From Camelus ferus (lineage: Eukaryota), in the NCBI RefSeq assembly GCF_009834535.1, contig NC_045696.1, positions 85,438,001 to 85,502,000 on the forward strand: a stretch of DNA of 64,000 nt, in the 5' to 3' direction. Shown here in pieces: positions 26,060 to 38,330 of this stretch. Each line of letters begins with the position of its first letter. Within the stretch, counting starts at the first letter, position 1. A program made the translations under genes and the position numbers. The notes beneath the pieces were generated by a model. That model was not told where the DNA came from. It ran no database searches and saw only the letters and a list, made by a program, of their open reading frames with translations.

Positions 26060-27520
26060 GGATTTTAAAATACTTGTACTATGAAGTACAACCCATACAC
26101 AGGGAAGTACACAAATCTGTAGTGCAACAAATTATCCCAGAGAACAATCATGTAACAATCATCCAGGTTAAGCAAGACCTCAACCAGAGAAGCCCCTTTA
26201 TGTATCTTTTCCACCTTTACCACTTCCTTCCTCCCCAAAAATAACCAATATTCTGGTATCTGGTACTAGAGTTTAAACTTGCCAGTTTTAGAATTCTTTA
26301 TAAATTGAATTGTATAGTATATATTCTTTGGTCTCTAGCTTATATACTTAAGATTCATAATTTTCTGTAGCCATAATTTATTAATTTTCATTGCTGCACA
26401 GATTCTGTTGTATGAGGGCAGCTATGAACATTTTTATATAATCTTTCTGTGCATGCCTTTCTCTTGAAATATACCCGGGAGTGAAATTGTTGGATCAAAA
26501 AGTATGCAGATTTGAAACATTACCAAAAAATATTAAACTGTTTTCCAAATTGTGTTTGTACCAATTTACCCTCCTACCAGGTACACCTAATAGTTCCTGA
26601 TTCTTCACATCTCCTACAATATTTTATATTTTTCAAATTTTACCCATTCTAGTGAATTAAAAAATGCTACCTTATAAAAGGCTTTCCTTGCATTTCCCTG
26701 AATAGTAGCAAATTATGTACATTTTAAATGATTTTGTAGGATATTTTGATACTACCTTTTGTAAAATATCTCTTCTTGTCTCGTTTGTTGCCAATTACAT
26801 GTGTTAAAAATATCTTTTCATATTTTGTTTTATGTTATTAATCTGTTAAGAGAGTTTTATTCTGAACAGATGTTCTTAATTTAATATAGTCAACCTTACC
26901 ATTCTTGCCTTTATAATTAACACTTTTTTCATACATTATTTAATTTTTTTTTTTGCTGTTGTAATACTGCGAAGATATTCTACTTTATTACCTTCTAGCT
27001 ATACATATTGCATGTCACATTTCAATATTAAAATCCACCAGGGATTGATTTAGGGATATGAAGTGATACAGAGGTCAGTTTTCTTTCACTTAGTTTTTAT
27101 TTAATCAAATTGATATTCAACCGACTCATTGAAAAGACCATCTTTCCTCCACTACTCCTCAGTAACCTCATAAATCAAGTGTCCAAGAGTATGTGGGCTC
27201 TCTATTCCATTTCATTGATTTATGTATCTAACTTTTCTTTAATACTACAGTTCCTTATTTACTGTGGCACTGCAAAAAGACTTGCTGAAATTCCTCCAAC
27301 AATGTTATTGTTCATCAAGAATGTCTTGTCTAATATTGGCCCATGATATTTCTCTATGCATTTTAGAATCAGCTTGTCAATTTTCATAAAAACGCCATTG
27401 GAGTTTTCACTCAGACTGCAGTTTATATACAAATATGCAGGGAATTTGAGACTTCTACCATGTGCAATCTTCTAATCCATAAAAAAGAGTGTTTTCATTT
27501 ATCTCTCAGTAAAGCTTTCT
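26060..27520 (-). mobile_element. Old L1 (L1ME-like) 3' region, antisense
   Basis: 'atacccgggagtgaaattgttggatc...ttttagaatcagcttgtcaattttc'. Confidence 0.75.
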
Positions 27521-28164
27521 GGGCAGAGTTCTTATCTGGTATATTAGTCAGGGTTCTCAAAATTAACTACCACATCCAGTTTTGACTATTTCAGTTCAAA
27601 GTATTTGTTATATTTTATGCACTGAAAATGCATTTTTAAATATTTAAAAGATATTTTATTTTTCCATTTGCATTTGTATGTAGCTATCAATCTTTTTATT
27701 TCAACTATTTTTCTTATTTTAAGTTATTTTTGTTAATTGTAATTTCACTGAGCTTTTGGTCTAAGAAAAGATTTCCAAATATTTATAATACCACATTAGC
27801 CTGGCTATTCTGTATTACTCAAGTGATGACTTGCACATTTCAGTATTTTCATTTTTTGACTATATTTTTCCAAAATAATCTTTTTTAGGAATGCAGTTAA
27901 AAATCACAGATTTTAAATTCACTATTTCAAATTAAAATACCAATTTGGCATAGTAAACATTTATCCATTTGCATCTATAAAATTTTGGTTTTAAGCAATA
28001 AAAAAAATTCATCATTGTTGGAATACTCCACAGCAGTTTTTGTGATATGGATTCCATTTTCATAGTTTTACTAGTTTCTATTTTAAAGTGATAATTGACC
28101 TAGCATTATTTAGTAAAACCTCTGTACTCACTATGTCTCCAATAGAATAATGCAAACCTTTTTA

Positions 28165-28425
28165 AAATTTTCATTTTCTAAATAAAAATTACATAATATT
28201 TAAGTTACACAACATGATTATTTGATCTACATAGAGAAATGGCTACTACACTCAAACTAATTAACATATTGTCTGCTCACACAATTACAATTTGTGTGTC
28301 TGTGTGTGTCTGTGCGCCTGAGATCTTTCTTCTTAGCAAATTTCCAATATTCAATACAGCATTATTAACTAGAGCTACCATGTTGCAAATGAGATCTCTG
28401 GATTTATTCATCCTACATAACCTCA
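28165..28425 (-). mobile_element. L1MA-type 3' end, antisense
   Basis: 'cttagcaaatttccaatattcaatacagcattattaactagagctaccatgttg...agatctctggatttattcatcctacataac'. Confidence 0.8.
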
Positions 28426-28429
28426 AACA

Positions 28430-29780
28430 TACCACTTCATTGTCTACTGACTTCCATTACTTTTATGAAAAGTTAGTTCCAGGTTAACTATTGTTTCTTT
28501 GAAATTAATCTGTCTTGTTTCTCTAGCTGCTGTTCAGATTGTCATTCTTCTCTCACTCTCTCCGGGAATTTTACTGTTTTACCTAGGAATTTTTTTTAAT
28601 TGAAATACAGTTGACGTACAATATTATGTTAGTTTCAGGTGTACTACATAGTGATTTGACATTTATATGCATTACAAAATGATTACTTCATTAAGTCTAC
28701 AACATACAAAGCTGTTACAGTATTATTGACTATATTCCTTACGCTGTATATTACCCATCCCTGTGGCTTATTTGTTTTATAACTGGAAGTTTGTACCTCT
28801 TAATCCTCTTCACCTACTGAAGGGGTGAACCCAACCTCCCAACACCCTCCCCTCTGGCAACAATTCATTTGTATTCCGTATCAGAAAGACAAATACCACA
28901 TGACCTCACTTATACGTGGAATCTGAAAAAACTAAACAAGCAAACAAACAGAACAAAGTGAAAACAGACTCATAGGTGCAGTTTTCTTCCCACTAATTTT
29001 GTTTGGCATTCATAAGGTCTCTGGGGTTTACTTATTTGTTGTGATCAGTTTTGAAAAATTCTTGGAAATTATGTCTTCAAAAATTGCTTCTATTCCATTC
29101 TCTCCATTGTCTTCTGGGACTCCAATTACATATGTATTTGATTTTCTCAATGTTCTGTTTGTCTCTTAAACACTCTTCTGTGTTTAACATACTTTACCTC
29201 TCCTTGGAAATTTCCATCTGACCTATTTCAAGTGCACTAATTACGTTTTTTAAAAGCATGTCTATTTTATTGTTGAACCAATCTATTAAATTCCTAATTT
29301 CAATTCTTGTTTTTCTTCATTTCTGGAGTATTCATTTGACTGTTTTTTTTTTCTTGTAGTCTTCCAAAAATTTCAATGACTTAGCTTCCTGAATATAACA
29401 GCATAGTTGTTTAAACTAATTTAATGCGGCTAGAGGTACTAGGAATCTGGAATTATCTTAATTCATTTTCAAGTTTGCTATGATTTGAAATTAGGCATCA
29501 ATCCATAGGACAGCTAAACTAATGTTGTTCACCCAAGTTTTCCCTCTAGCCTTGAGAGAGTCTCAACAGAATTGCTCAGCTTCTCAAACACTGAGCTACC
29601 TCTTTCAGAATAAGCCAACGCTCCCCAAAAGAAAGTGGCACCAAACGCCAACCATCTTCAGAATTCTACCTTTCAAATCTTGGCCTCATAACTTTCACAG
29701 TCTTGTTAGTTCTACAGTGTTTTCAAACAATTTGTTTGTAACTTCATCCAGCTTTTAAAAGTTGCCTTCAGTATGAAGAT
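28430..29780 (-). mobile_element. Old L1ME/HAL1-like ORF1 region, antisense (host of the 28590 insertion)
   Basis: 'atcagttttgaaaaattcttggaaattatgtcttcaaaaattgcttct...ctgggactccaattacatatgta'. Confidence 0.55.
28590..28975 (-). mobile_element. Laurasiatherian-type L1 3' end with an inverted 5' segment (28883-28975)
   Basis: T-tract, then 'aattgaaatacagttgacgtacaatattatgttagtttcaggtgtac', switching to sense 'agaaagacaaataccacatgacctcacttatacgtggaatct'. Confidence 0.85.
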
Positions 29781-30559
29781 CGATTCAAATTACCTAATCT
29801 GCTGCTATAAAAAATTTTAAGTCTGAACAATTAATTTTAAACTCTTCGAAGAGTAACATGAAGACAAAAGATCTTAATAACGTCATAATTTTCAGATGAC
29901 TTTTCTAAAATATGAAAAATTTCTGCAGAGTGAAAAAGCATGAATTAAATTAGTTTTTTTAAAAAACACCATAACATACGAGGACTGAAACATTCATTTC
30001 CACATATTCCTGTAACATTAAACACAGTACTTATCAAAGCTATCTCTTTTATTGTTATTGTCTTGGCAAATTAGATAGTGCCTGGTATATTGTAAGTCCT
30101 CAATACATCTTATAAAATTGAATGCATTTGATAAAAAATAAAAGAATTTTCATCAAAGAACTTGGGCTACTTTCAAGTGGCTAATTTTACCCTAGCTATC
30201 TACAAAGATGCATATAAAAATACTAAACTAAACATCAATGGAAAAATGGTATTGTTTGTTTTATAATTGGAAGTTGTACCTCTTAATCCCCTTTGCCTAC
30301 TGAAGGGGTGAACCCAACCTCCAAACCCCCTCCCCTCTGGCAACAACTCATTTGTTTTCTCTTTCTTAGGTTCTGAAGCTCCCAAATGTCAATATAACAA
30401 CACATTCAAGAAACTTACAGGGTAAATCGTATATGCTAAAAATATGTTCATGTATCCAAATGTATGAATAAAAATATAATTATTATTAATAATCTACAAA
30501 TAAAACATACATTTGAAATAGTATATAAAATTTATTAATAATTTTCTAGTATCTCTGTG

Positions 30560-31193
30560 ACAACTTGAAGCTTTAGTAATCACTCAAATTCATGGAAGTG
30601 CAAGGGTTTTCATATCTAAGTATCAGGTTCACTTGAGGATGGAGCCTCAATCATTACCCTTCCTAGATACCTGATTGGTCTCTGATTTCTTCTGAATCAA
30701 GATCCAGACTGGAGCAATCTTTTTCAGTGTACACAGTTCTGCTATGGATGACAGATACTAAAGCCACCTCTAGTTGTGTTTGATTCTATCTTGGTCACCA
30801 ATATACAGTCTAACTCCTTTAACATATGTTCAGGATACACTTAGTGGTTCAGGAGTATTGGACAGAGTTTTGTCTCTAGGTGATGGGTTAGTTAAGACTT
30901 GGGGAAATGTACTTGGAGAAACATTGGTTCTCGATCCATTTTACTTGTGGCTCTAGCCATTGAATAAAAAAGTCCTATTTCCTCTTTTTTCCCAATGTCC
31001 AGCGTCCTTTTTCTCCTTTTTTACAATCAAAGTTACCACTTGCCCTTCCACATTCTCTTCTTCTATATTCAGGCCCACACTTATCTAGTCTTAGGCTGTT
31101 CTGTAAACATGTGGCTGAATCTTTCTGTCCCGTACTTTCATGTAAGGCTTTGTTTCTGCTTATCCACAGATAAATGGAGATGAGATAAAGTGC
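30560..31193 (-). pseudogene. Putative decayed large coding exon
   Basis: Strong acceptor gtgtgttttcatgtattttcCTCACcctcttcgcgttgttttctaAG. Protein-like frames linked by shifts: ALHESTGQKDSATCLQNSLRLDKCGPEYRRRECGRASG, VSPSTFPQVLTNPSPRDKTLSNTPEPLS, PEHMLKELDCILVTKIESNTTRGG, TEKDCSSLDLDSEEIRDQSG. Possible donors at 30670 or 30657. Confidence 0.3.
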
Positions 31194-31379
31194 CTTAGAA
31201 AACAACGCGAAGAGGGTGAGGAAAATACATGAAAACACACATTAATGTTTAGAGATATAACCCTGATAGATACCTTATTTATATATCTAAAAATCCAAAA
31301 AGACAGTAAAATTGGCTTTATTTTATGCCTAGTCTGTGCCAAACAGCATGGAAAAGGTGTCATTTAACAAGAACCATGA

Positions 31380-31510
31380 TCTTGAGGTGGATGTTTATCG
31401 ATGAGGAAACTAAACTTCAGACTAAACTGATTTGCCAGATGTCACACAGTAAGTAAGAAAAACAGCCAGAATTTAAACCCAGGTCCTGCTGACTTCTAAG
31501 CTCGGTCTCT
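31380..31510 (-). mobile_element. MIR SINE
   Basis: 'gatgaggaaactaaacttcaga...tgatttgccagatgtcacacag...agccagaatttaaacccaggtc'. Confidence 0.75.
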
Positions 31511-31934
31511 GTTTTTCTATTTCATGCTTATACTTCTGTAGCAGATATAAAAATCCACATGTCTTCATCTATGTCTTTTCTCACTTTAGATGTTTCATGT
31601 AGGTTTTTTCTTACAGAAAATAGTACTTTTTTACAGGCCTCAATATCTGAAGCTGAAGAATTTTCACAGGCAATGAATTAGTCTATATAAAAACTCAATA
31701 AATAGTAGGCATTTTAATAAGGTTAATGTAGGGCCATTTTTTTCTTATCCTAGTCCCTATGCTCCAGCCAAAAGAGGGACAAAAGAGAGTTGATTCTCCT
31801 CCTGATCCACTGTGGCTGCCTTTGCAAGTGATGAGTTGAACCAGAGTACCCAAGTTACTGTATGGATGTCATTTAAATAGGATTGTTGGACAAGGGGGAA
31901 GAGGAGGCTTGTGCTAATAAAGAAGCATACTAAT

Positions 31935-32110
31935 CATATGTATATTTGATAAGCATTTACTAATGGCCAGGAAACTTAAAGAAAGCTTTGCATGTATTAC
32001 CTAATTAATAATGGTATGGGTCATTAAATCTTCACCTTAACTCTATGAAATAGGTAGTCTACTGTCATTATTTTATATGAAAAGAAATTGAGAAGGCATA
32101 AGTTACCTGT
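31935..32110 (-). mobile_element. MIR SINE fragment
   Basis: 'gctttgcatgtattacctaatt...ctctatgaaataggtag...ttttatatgaaaagaaattgag'. Confidence 0.55.
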
Positions 32111-32181
32111 AGTGGTAACTCTGAGTAGTTTAAATTTTTAATTTGGCTACTTTTCCAATTTTTGATATTGGTACTTTAGAT

Positions 32182-32325
32182 CAGTGCTTCCTAAACCTTA
32201 GGGTGCACACATCACCTGAGGATCTTATTAAAATGCAGATTCTGACTTAGTAGGTCTCAGGTGGGGTCTGAGATTAGGCATTCAAACATACCCCCACAGA
32301 CGATACTGTGAAAAATAAGGCTTTA
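32182..32325. mobile_element. MER5A hAT MITE
   Basis: 'catcacctgaggatcttattaaaatgcagattctgacttagtaggtctcaggtggggtctgaga'. Confidence 0.85.
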
Positions 32326-32589
32326 GATCACTGATTTTCTGTCAAGCTAAGTATCATTCCTAAAGGGCTTTCATATTGATTTTAATATCAGTGAAAAATA
32401 ACTTAGTATTAATATTTAGATTTATTAAATGAATGTTGATGACCAGATGTATTTCAAAATCAAAAGACTGTTTTCACAAAGACAACAGTTCAATTTAGAG
32501 AAATATTTTAAGACACACCTCCCTTTCCCCTCCCTCAGGATGCTTTCAGTATATACAAAATACACTACCATATACCCCATATACCAATA

Positions 32590-32760
32590 AAAATAGGTAT
32601 CATTTATAAAGCATCTACTGTGTGCCAGAGACTAAACTAAGAGCATTAAGTGCATTATTTTATTCAGTACTATTAGCAATCTATGAAGTGCTATTATATT
32701 CCAAATTTTACATATAGATAAGTACAGGCATTAATAGTTTAACCGTCCGATATTACTAGC
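32590..32760 (-). mobile_element. MIR SINE fragment
   Basis: 'agcatctactgtgtgccaga...ctaagagcattaagtgcattattt...ccaaattttacatatagataa'. Confidence 0.55.
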
Positions 32761-33394
32761 CCTGGGTAATTTCACTATCTTTTGATTCAATCTTTATCTT
32801 GCATTTCATGTTACTTCGCTCTCTGAATTTTGCCATATACCAGTCTCACTGCTTCTCTATACTTTACCTCCTGATACTAAGTACGGAGATCTTTCTGAGT
32901 TAGAACCTCAGCCCAGAGGTCAGGGTGAGTCTTATAAGACAGGCTGGAGCAGACAGTGGAACAAAGCAGTCTGCAGGAGAAAAATCAAAATCATAGTCAA
33001 GCTGGGTTTGGATTATGTCACAGCCAAGGTGACAGCTAGTAAAGGTGTGGCAAGGTTCAAGGCAGAAAATAAAAGAATGAGTGACAGGAACAGAATATCA
33101 CAGGATCCAGAGCAGAAAGCTGTTTGTAACAAAAACCAAGGCATAAATGACAGAGCATTGGTGGCTCGAGTGGACTGGGTGCTGGCTTGTGACCCGTCAG
33201 CACACCTGATGGCTGATAACTGAATAGATGATTATAAACTTGGTGCTTTGTCACAATGAGCCTGGCTTTCCATCTCATCAATGTCTCTAGAGACTGACTT
33301 TACTTTCCTGGCTTTATACAAATGCTGGACAATATTCCCAGTCAGATACTGCTCCACAATGACATGATCTGCTCTAGCCTCGATTCGGTTTCTA

Positions 33395-33880
33395 GAACCA
33401 CAGATTTATTATTTTACAGTTTTGTAGGTCAGAACTCTGGTGAGCTCTAGAGGAGATTCCATTTTCTTGTTCATTCAGGTTGTGAGCAGAATTTAGTTTC
33501 ATTTAGTTGTGAAAATAAGGTCTCTATTTCCTTGCTGATTTTCAGGTAAGGGTCTTTCCCAGCTTCTGGAGATAATCTTTATTTCTTATTTCATAGCCCC
33601 TTTTCTCCATCTTCAAAGCAACAGCAGACAGAATAATTATCATGCTTAAAATTCTTCCTCAAACTTCTGTCACATCTCTCTGTCTCTCTCTGAACCTAGC
33701 CAGGGAAGGTCTCTACTTTCAAGAACTTACGTGATTAAATTGGGCCCACATGGATAATCCAGGATAAATTCACCATTCCAAGGTCTGTAATCTTAATCAC
33801 ATCTGTAAACCATGCAATTTTATGTATTCACAGTTTCCAAGGATTAGGATATGGACTCTTTGGGGACAATTCTTCTAACA
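33395..33880 (-). mobile_element. MLT1E-like LTR
   Basis: 'ttcattcaggttgtgagcagaatttagtttc...gattaaattgggcccacatggataatccaggataa...cttaatcacatctgtaaa'. Confidence 0.8.
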
Positions 33881-33899
33881 CAAGCCTCTGCTATGTGAG

Positions 33900-34400
33900 A
33901 TAGGCTTATTTTTAGACAGGTTTATTAGCTGCAAAAAGAGACAAAACTAGGTGAATCAGAAAAAAATTTACTAAACAATGTACGCTAATCATCAGAAGTT
34001 CCAGGAGGACCCGACAACTGGGTTTAGAAACCATGCCACCAAAAGTAATACCCAAAACAGCACCACTAAACTATTCACAGGCTTGTTTCCATCACTGGCA
34101 AGGTGAACCATGAACACAGGACCCTACCCTCTGCAATTCTGTCACAATTGCTCCTCAAATTCAGTGTCTGTGCCAAGCTCTGCCATATTTACCAGTATTC
34201 ACCATATTCCTTAAAAAGACTGCTTCTTCTGTTTTTTCCCAGCTGACCTGAAGTATTTTGGAGATATATTTTACTGGGAGAATCTGAGTCAAATGTCTGT
34301 CTCTCAGCTGCCAAGAAGGCAAGGAAATTCGATCTTGGAATCTTCATTGGTATCAATTTTGCCAAATATACAGGGAAAATGTAAAGAAAAAATGCTAGAC
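33900..34400 (-). mobile_element. Old MLT1 (K/L-like) LTR remnant
   Basis: 'tagctgcaaaaagagacaaaactagg...aatttactaaacaatg...ctcagctgccaagaaggcaagg'. Confidence 0.45.
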
Positions 34401-37400
34401 TACAAGTGTGTCACACTATATGATCCTCCTTCTCAGATTCTAAGAGAGGTAATACTGCCCATCTAGGCTTCATCTCCAAAGCAGAATGAGAATACTTACC
34501 CAGGCCTCCTTAAAAAGCCCACGCAGAGTTCTATCTGCACTGTGCTAATAATATCTGTGGTTGCACTTTGAAATGACTACACCATTTAAAGCATCAAAAG
34601 ATCACAGAATCATAAAAGTTAAGCCCCAAATATTTAAGAGTGCCTATAATTCTGCAGCACAAGTAATTTTGATACTTGCAGAATTTTGTGTCCATGCAGG
34701 ATGTTTTTCCCCAGTTGCGGTACTCTGATGCCTGGATTAAATGGCACTGATAATAGCTTGTGTTGCAAACGTTACTTTTTAGCTTATAAATTACATCAAC
34801 TACAAGAAGTATTTTCTATCATATTTGATATTCATAAAGTACTGTGAACAATAATTTACTTATTATCATCTTTAGTTTACTATAGAATAATCACCTAAAA
34901 TTAAGTGCTTAAGTTGGGAACTAAATTTGAATTCCCTCTGTCTCATTTTCCTCATTTTAAATTGGGATGTCAAAATCTAGTTCATGAAATTTTTTCAGAA
35001 TTAAGTAAAACGCAAAACTTTATTACTATTAACTTAATACAAATTCAGAACCAGAAAGGATTTTAAAGGATAATTAAGATAACAGTGGCCCAAATGGTCA
35101 ACAGATGATTCAGGGTTCAAGATGGGAAAGGGCTAATATTTGCTCACATTCGGTCCAGGATTTTCCCACTAGAATCAAACAGGCATTTTCAACTACAGCT
35201 GGGGATACAAACTCTGTGGAAAAAGAAAGTGTCTCTGGAAAATCTCATTTTCCCTCTGAGAATTGAAATAGTGGCCCTAGCCATGAACTCTCCAGAATCA
35301 TAATACGCAGTATAAACTGTAACTTAAAGGCATTTCTGTAAATAGCACACCATAAAATCATGTCACAAGAACAGATCAAGTGATGTGGCCCAGATACTCA
35401 CTATACACATAGTTTATTCAACAGTAATTTTTGAATTCATTGAGAAATGCTATCCATGAATTTGAAGCTCATATCCTGTCACTTACAAATTCAAAACAGT
35501 CTCTAAAGCACCAAGCACAGAGTTGGCAGCTTGGGTTTGAATTTCCTTCCCTTCCAGTGACTAGGTGTGGGCCGGTGCAGTCATTCCAAAATAAGCAATT
35601 CCTTAATGAGTGACTGCCTACTATGTTAAGGCCTCATGCTAGGGATGGGGGCTGTGATTCACAAGGCAGACACCACTCCAGTCTTCACTGAGTTTATAAT
35701 CTTAAGAATGCTAGTTGCTGAAAGATAGCCATTCAACAACTAATTACACAATTACTCAATTACAGCAGTTTGAATTAAAGCTACCAAAACTAAATAATAT
35801 ACTTTCCACAATGAATCTATTCCTAATTGCAAAATCTGGAAAATATGACTTCCTCCAAAGCAAATCATATCCTATGCCATTCACTGTAAAAAGAGTAAAG
35901 TAGAAAATATACTAAGTTTGGAGGTGGTTTAAGGATGCCAGACAACAGAAAAAGAAATTAATTTCTAACACTTTACTAGTGAACCCTTTTCTTAAATACC
36001 ACTTTTAATTTGAAAGTAGCTTCTTACAACTTCTTACAGCTGGTCAGAATTTATTCCATGCTGCATTATTATGAGATGTAGGACAACAGCTTCATTGATA
36101 ACATGCAGTAATAACTGCTGTCTGGTTATCAGCAATGGCCTACGACAGCTGGGCTCATAGTTTCATTGCTGGTCTTTAAAAGTGGAGTGCATCAATACTA
36201 ATATATTCCAAAAGAGCACAGGTGAATTAAAATAGGATAAAATTCACTGGTTGCTATGGACTCCATTATTTTAATTCTCCAATTGTTAATAAATATAACC
36301 TGTCTTATTTATCTACCTATCCTAAAACAGAACTGTAATTTGGGATACTAGAATTTTGAACCCTTAAATAACTAATGTTTAGGATGACCATTTCAATAGC
36401 TAAACATTAAATATTTTTACAAAAGTAAATATGATTAGTTATACTCCATCTAGAGTATTTCACTAACTCTGTTTTGCCTATAAAATTAATCACTACACTG
36501 TAAAGTTCATTTTCTATTAAAAAATAAGTTATCTGAAAACTTTCTGGCAAATTTTCTTTCTAACTTTAAGAAATGTAATGAAATCTCTAAATAAGAATGT
36601 CTCCTTCCTTCAGATTAAGTTGCTAGTATAAAATCTAATCATTCATTGCATCACTTGTACTGATTCAACACATTAAAACTATAGAGTTCTCTGGCACTTA
36701 CACCAAGAATCATATGCTTCTCTTTAACACCGTAGTATCTCCTTTTGAAGCTGTTACATTATTACTGGAAATGGTTAGCTTGTCTATGTGACACATTTTC
36801 ATTAAAAATATCTCATTTGGAATAAATCATGGTGATTCAACTACTGTCTGCAAAAGACAATAACACACACAACCAATAAGCATTAATATTATTTTTAATA
36901 CAGGATATTTCACTTTGCTGGCAAAATAATTCTGTTTATATTAAAGAAAAGGTGCATCATTATTATTTAGTGTCACAAATATTTTGCATAATTCAAGATG
37001 TTAAACCCACTTTCAATATAAAGAAACAAAGCAATTGGCTTTTGTGATTTTTCTTGAGCATTCAAAATAAAATGCTCCTGACTTCAGAAAGAAATGTTCC
37101 TACCACTTTAATTTGACGGCATAGCCATATTTGAAAACTGCTTTAAGATTCAGCAAGTTACAAGAAAGGAGGTTTAGCTTTATAAGGGCATGTGGGGAAA
37201 GTATTTTTTCTGTCATGATATTACACAAAACTAGTACACATACTTATTTAATCACTGCAACAGATATTAGAAAAAACAGTTAAAAGAGCTTTCTGTCACA
37301 GTAATTATTAATGATGAAATCTTTATCTGCTTAGCATTGGGAGTCTGTCCAATTAGTTTCTGTGGCTCTTGAGTTCTGCATAAATACGATAAAATTTGCT

Positions 37401-37612
37401 TGTTTCCATCGTGATTTTTCTAAGGCTCTCTTTCCTGGGCGAATCTCCAGATTGGCAAGCTCAAGCAGATTTTAAAATATCCTTTCCATATATCACCCAC
37501 ACTTGTTCTGCTTGCAGATGGATTGACGTCTAAGCTCAGAGGGTTGTAACTAAGCTGCTTTTCTCGGCAGAAAAGTTCATTTTGCTTCAGCTGTTGCAGA
37601 TAGCTCCCTTAC

Positions 37613-37768
37613 CTCCCACTAATTCAGTATTTTTCAATTGTTCCAGCCTGCTTCCAACTGCTCAGGCACACTGTTCAAGGATCACAGCAAGGATTGCCAA
37701 GTTAGGGCATCTTTTCCAGAGGGCGGATCCAAAGTCATTCCTCTTTGTTGATACATTACATAACTTGT
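37613..37768 (-). other. Candidate 156-nt exon (phase 1-1) with a single in-frame TGA
   Basis: catctcacccatgtAG|ACAAG...GTGGGAG|GTaagg; reads xKLCNVSTKRNDFGSALWKRCPNLAILAVILEQCA*AVGSRLEQLKNTELVG. Confidence 0.3.
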
Positions 37769-38149
37769 CTACATGGGTGAGATGTGGTAATGTATTTCAT
37801 TTGCCATTCCAGTTCAGACAGGGAACAGTTGACAGACTGTCTGACTTAAGCTTTGTTTTTGAAATTTAGATATTTATCTTATTATTAAATCCTTAAATTT
37901 AACTTGTTAAATACTTTAAAAATACTCAAAGAACTATGTCTTCACTCCATGCACTTTGGTTCTTTTCTAAGAGCAAAGGTTTCTGAAGGAGCATAGAGGG
38001 CAGGAAAAAAGGATCTCAAATTGGAAATTAAAAATTCAGACTTTCAAACCCCAAAGTATCTGTTGCATATAAGAAGCAACCTAATGTATTTCATTTGGGC
38101 CTAATTTTGACTATTAACATACCATTAATGAGGCCGAGGTCACAAATCA

Positions 38150-38330
38150 TTGAATGTTAAAATAGACTTAGAAGGAATCTTCAAGTTGATCCAGGTCAAG
38201 ACTCCAACCTCCTCACTTTAAAAGAGAGGAAAATGGTTCTCATAAAGTTAGGTGACTTGGCTAAGGCCAAATGACTATTTATGAAACAGAAATTAAAACC
38301 TAGGACCACTGGCTTCTGTGCCATTACACT
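38150..38330 (-). mobile_element. MIR/MIR3 SINE
   Basis: 'tagaaggaatcttcaag...cctcactttaaaagagaggaaaatgg...gtgacttggctaaggcca'. Confidence 0.7.

Noticed and set aside
34492..34504. ATACTTACCCAGG resembling the U1 snRNA 5' end
   Set aside because: No further U1 sequence follows; it is simply the complement of a donor-like motif.
37455..37520. caagcaga/tctgcttg inverted repeat as a possible pre-miRNA
   Set aside because: Only an 8-bp stem with a poorly paired interior, far short of a miRNA hairpin.
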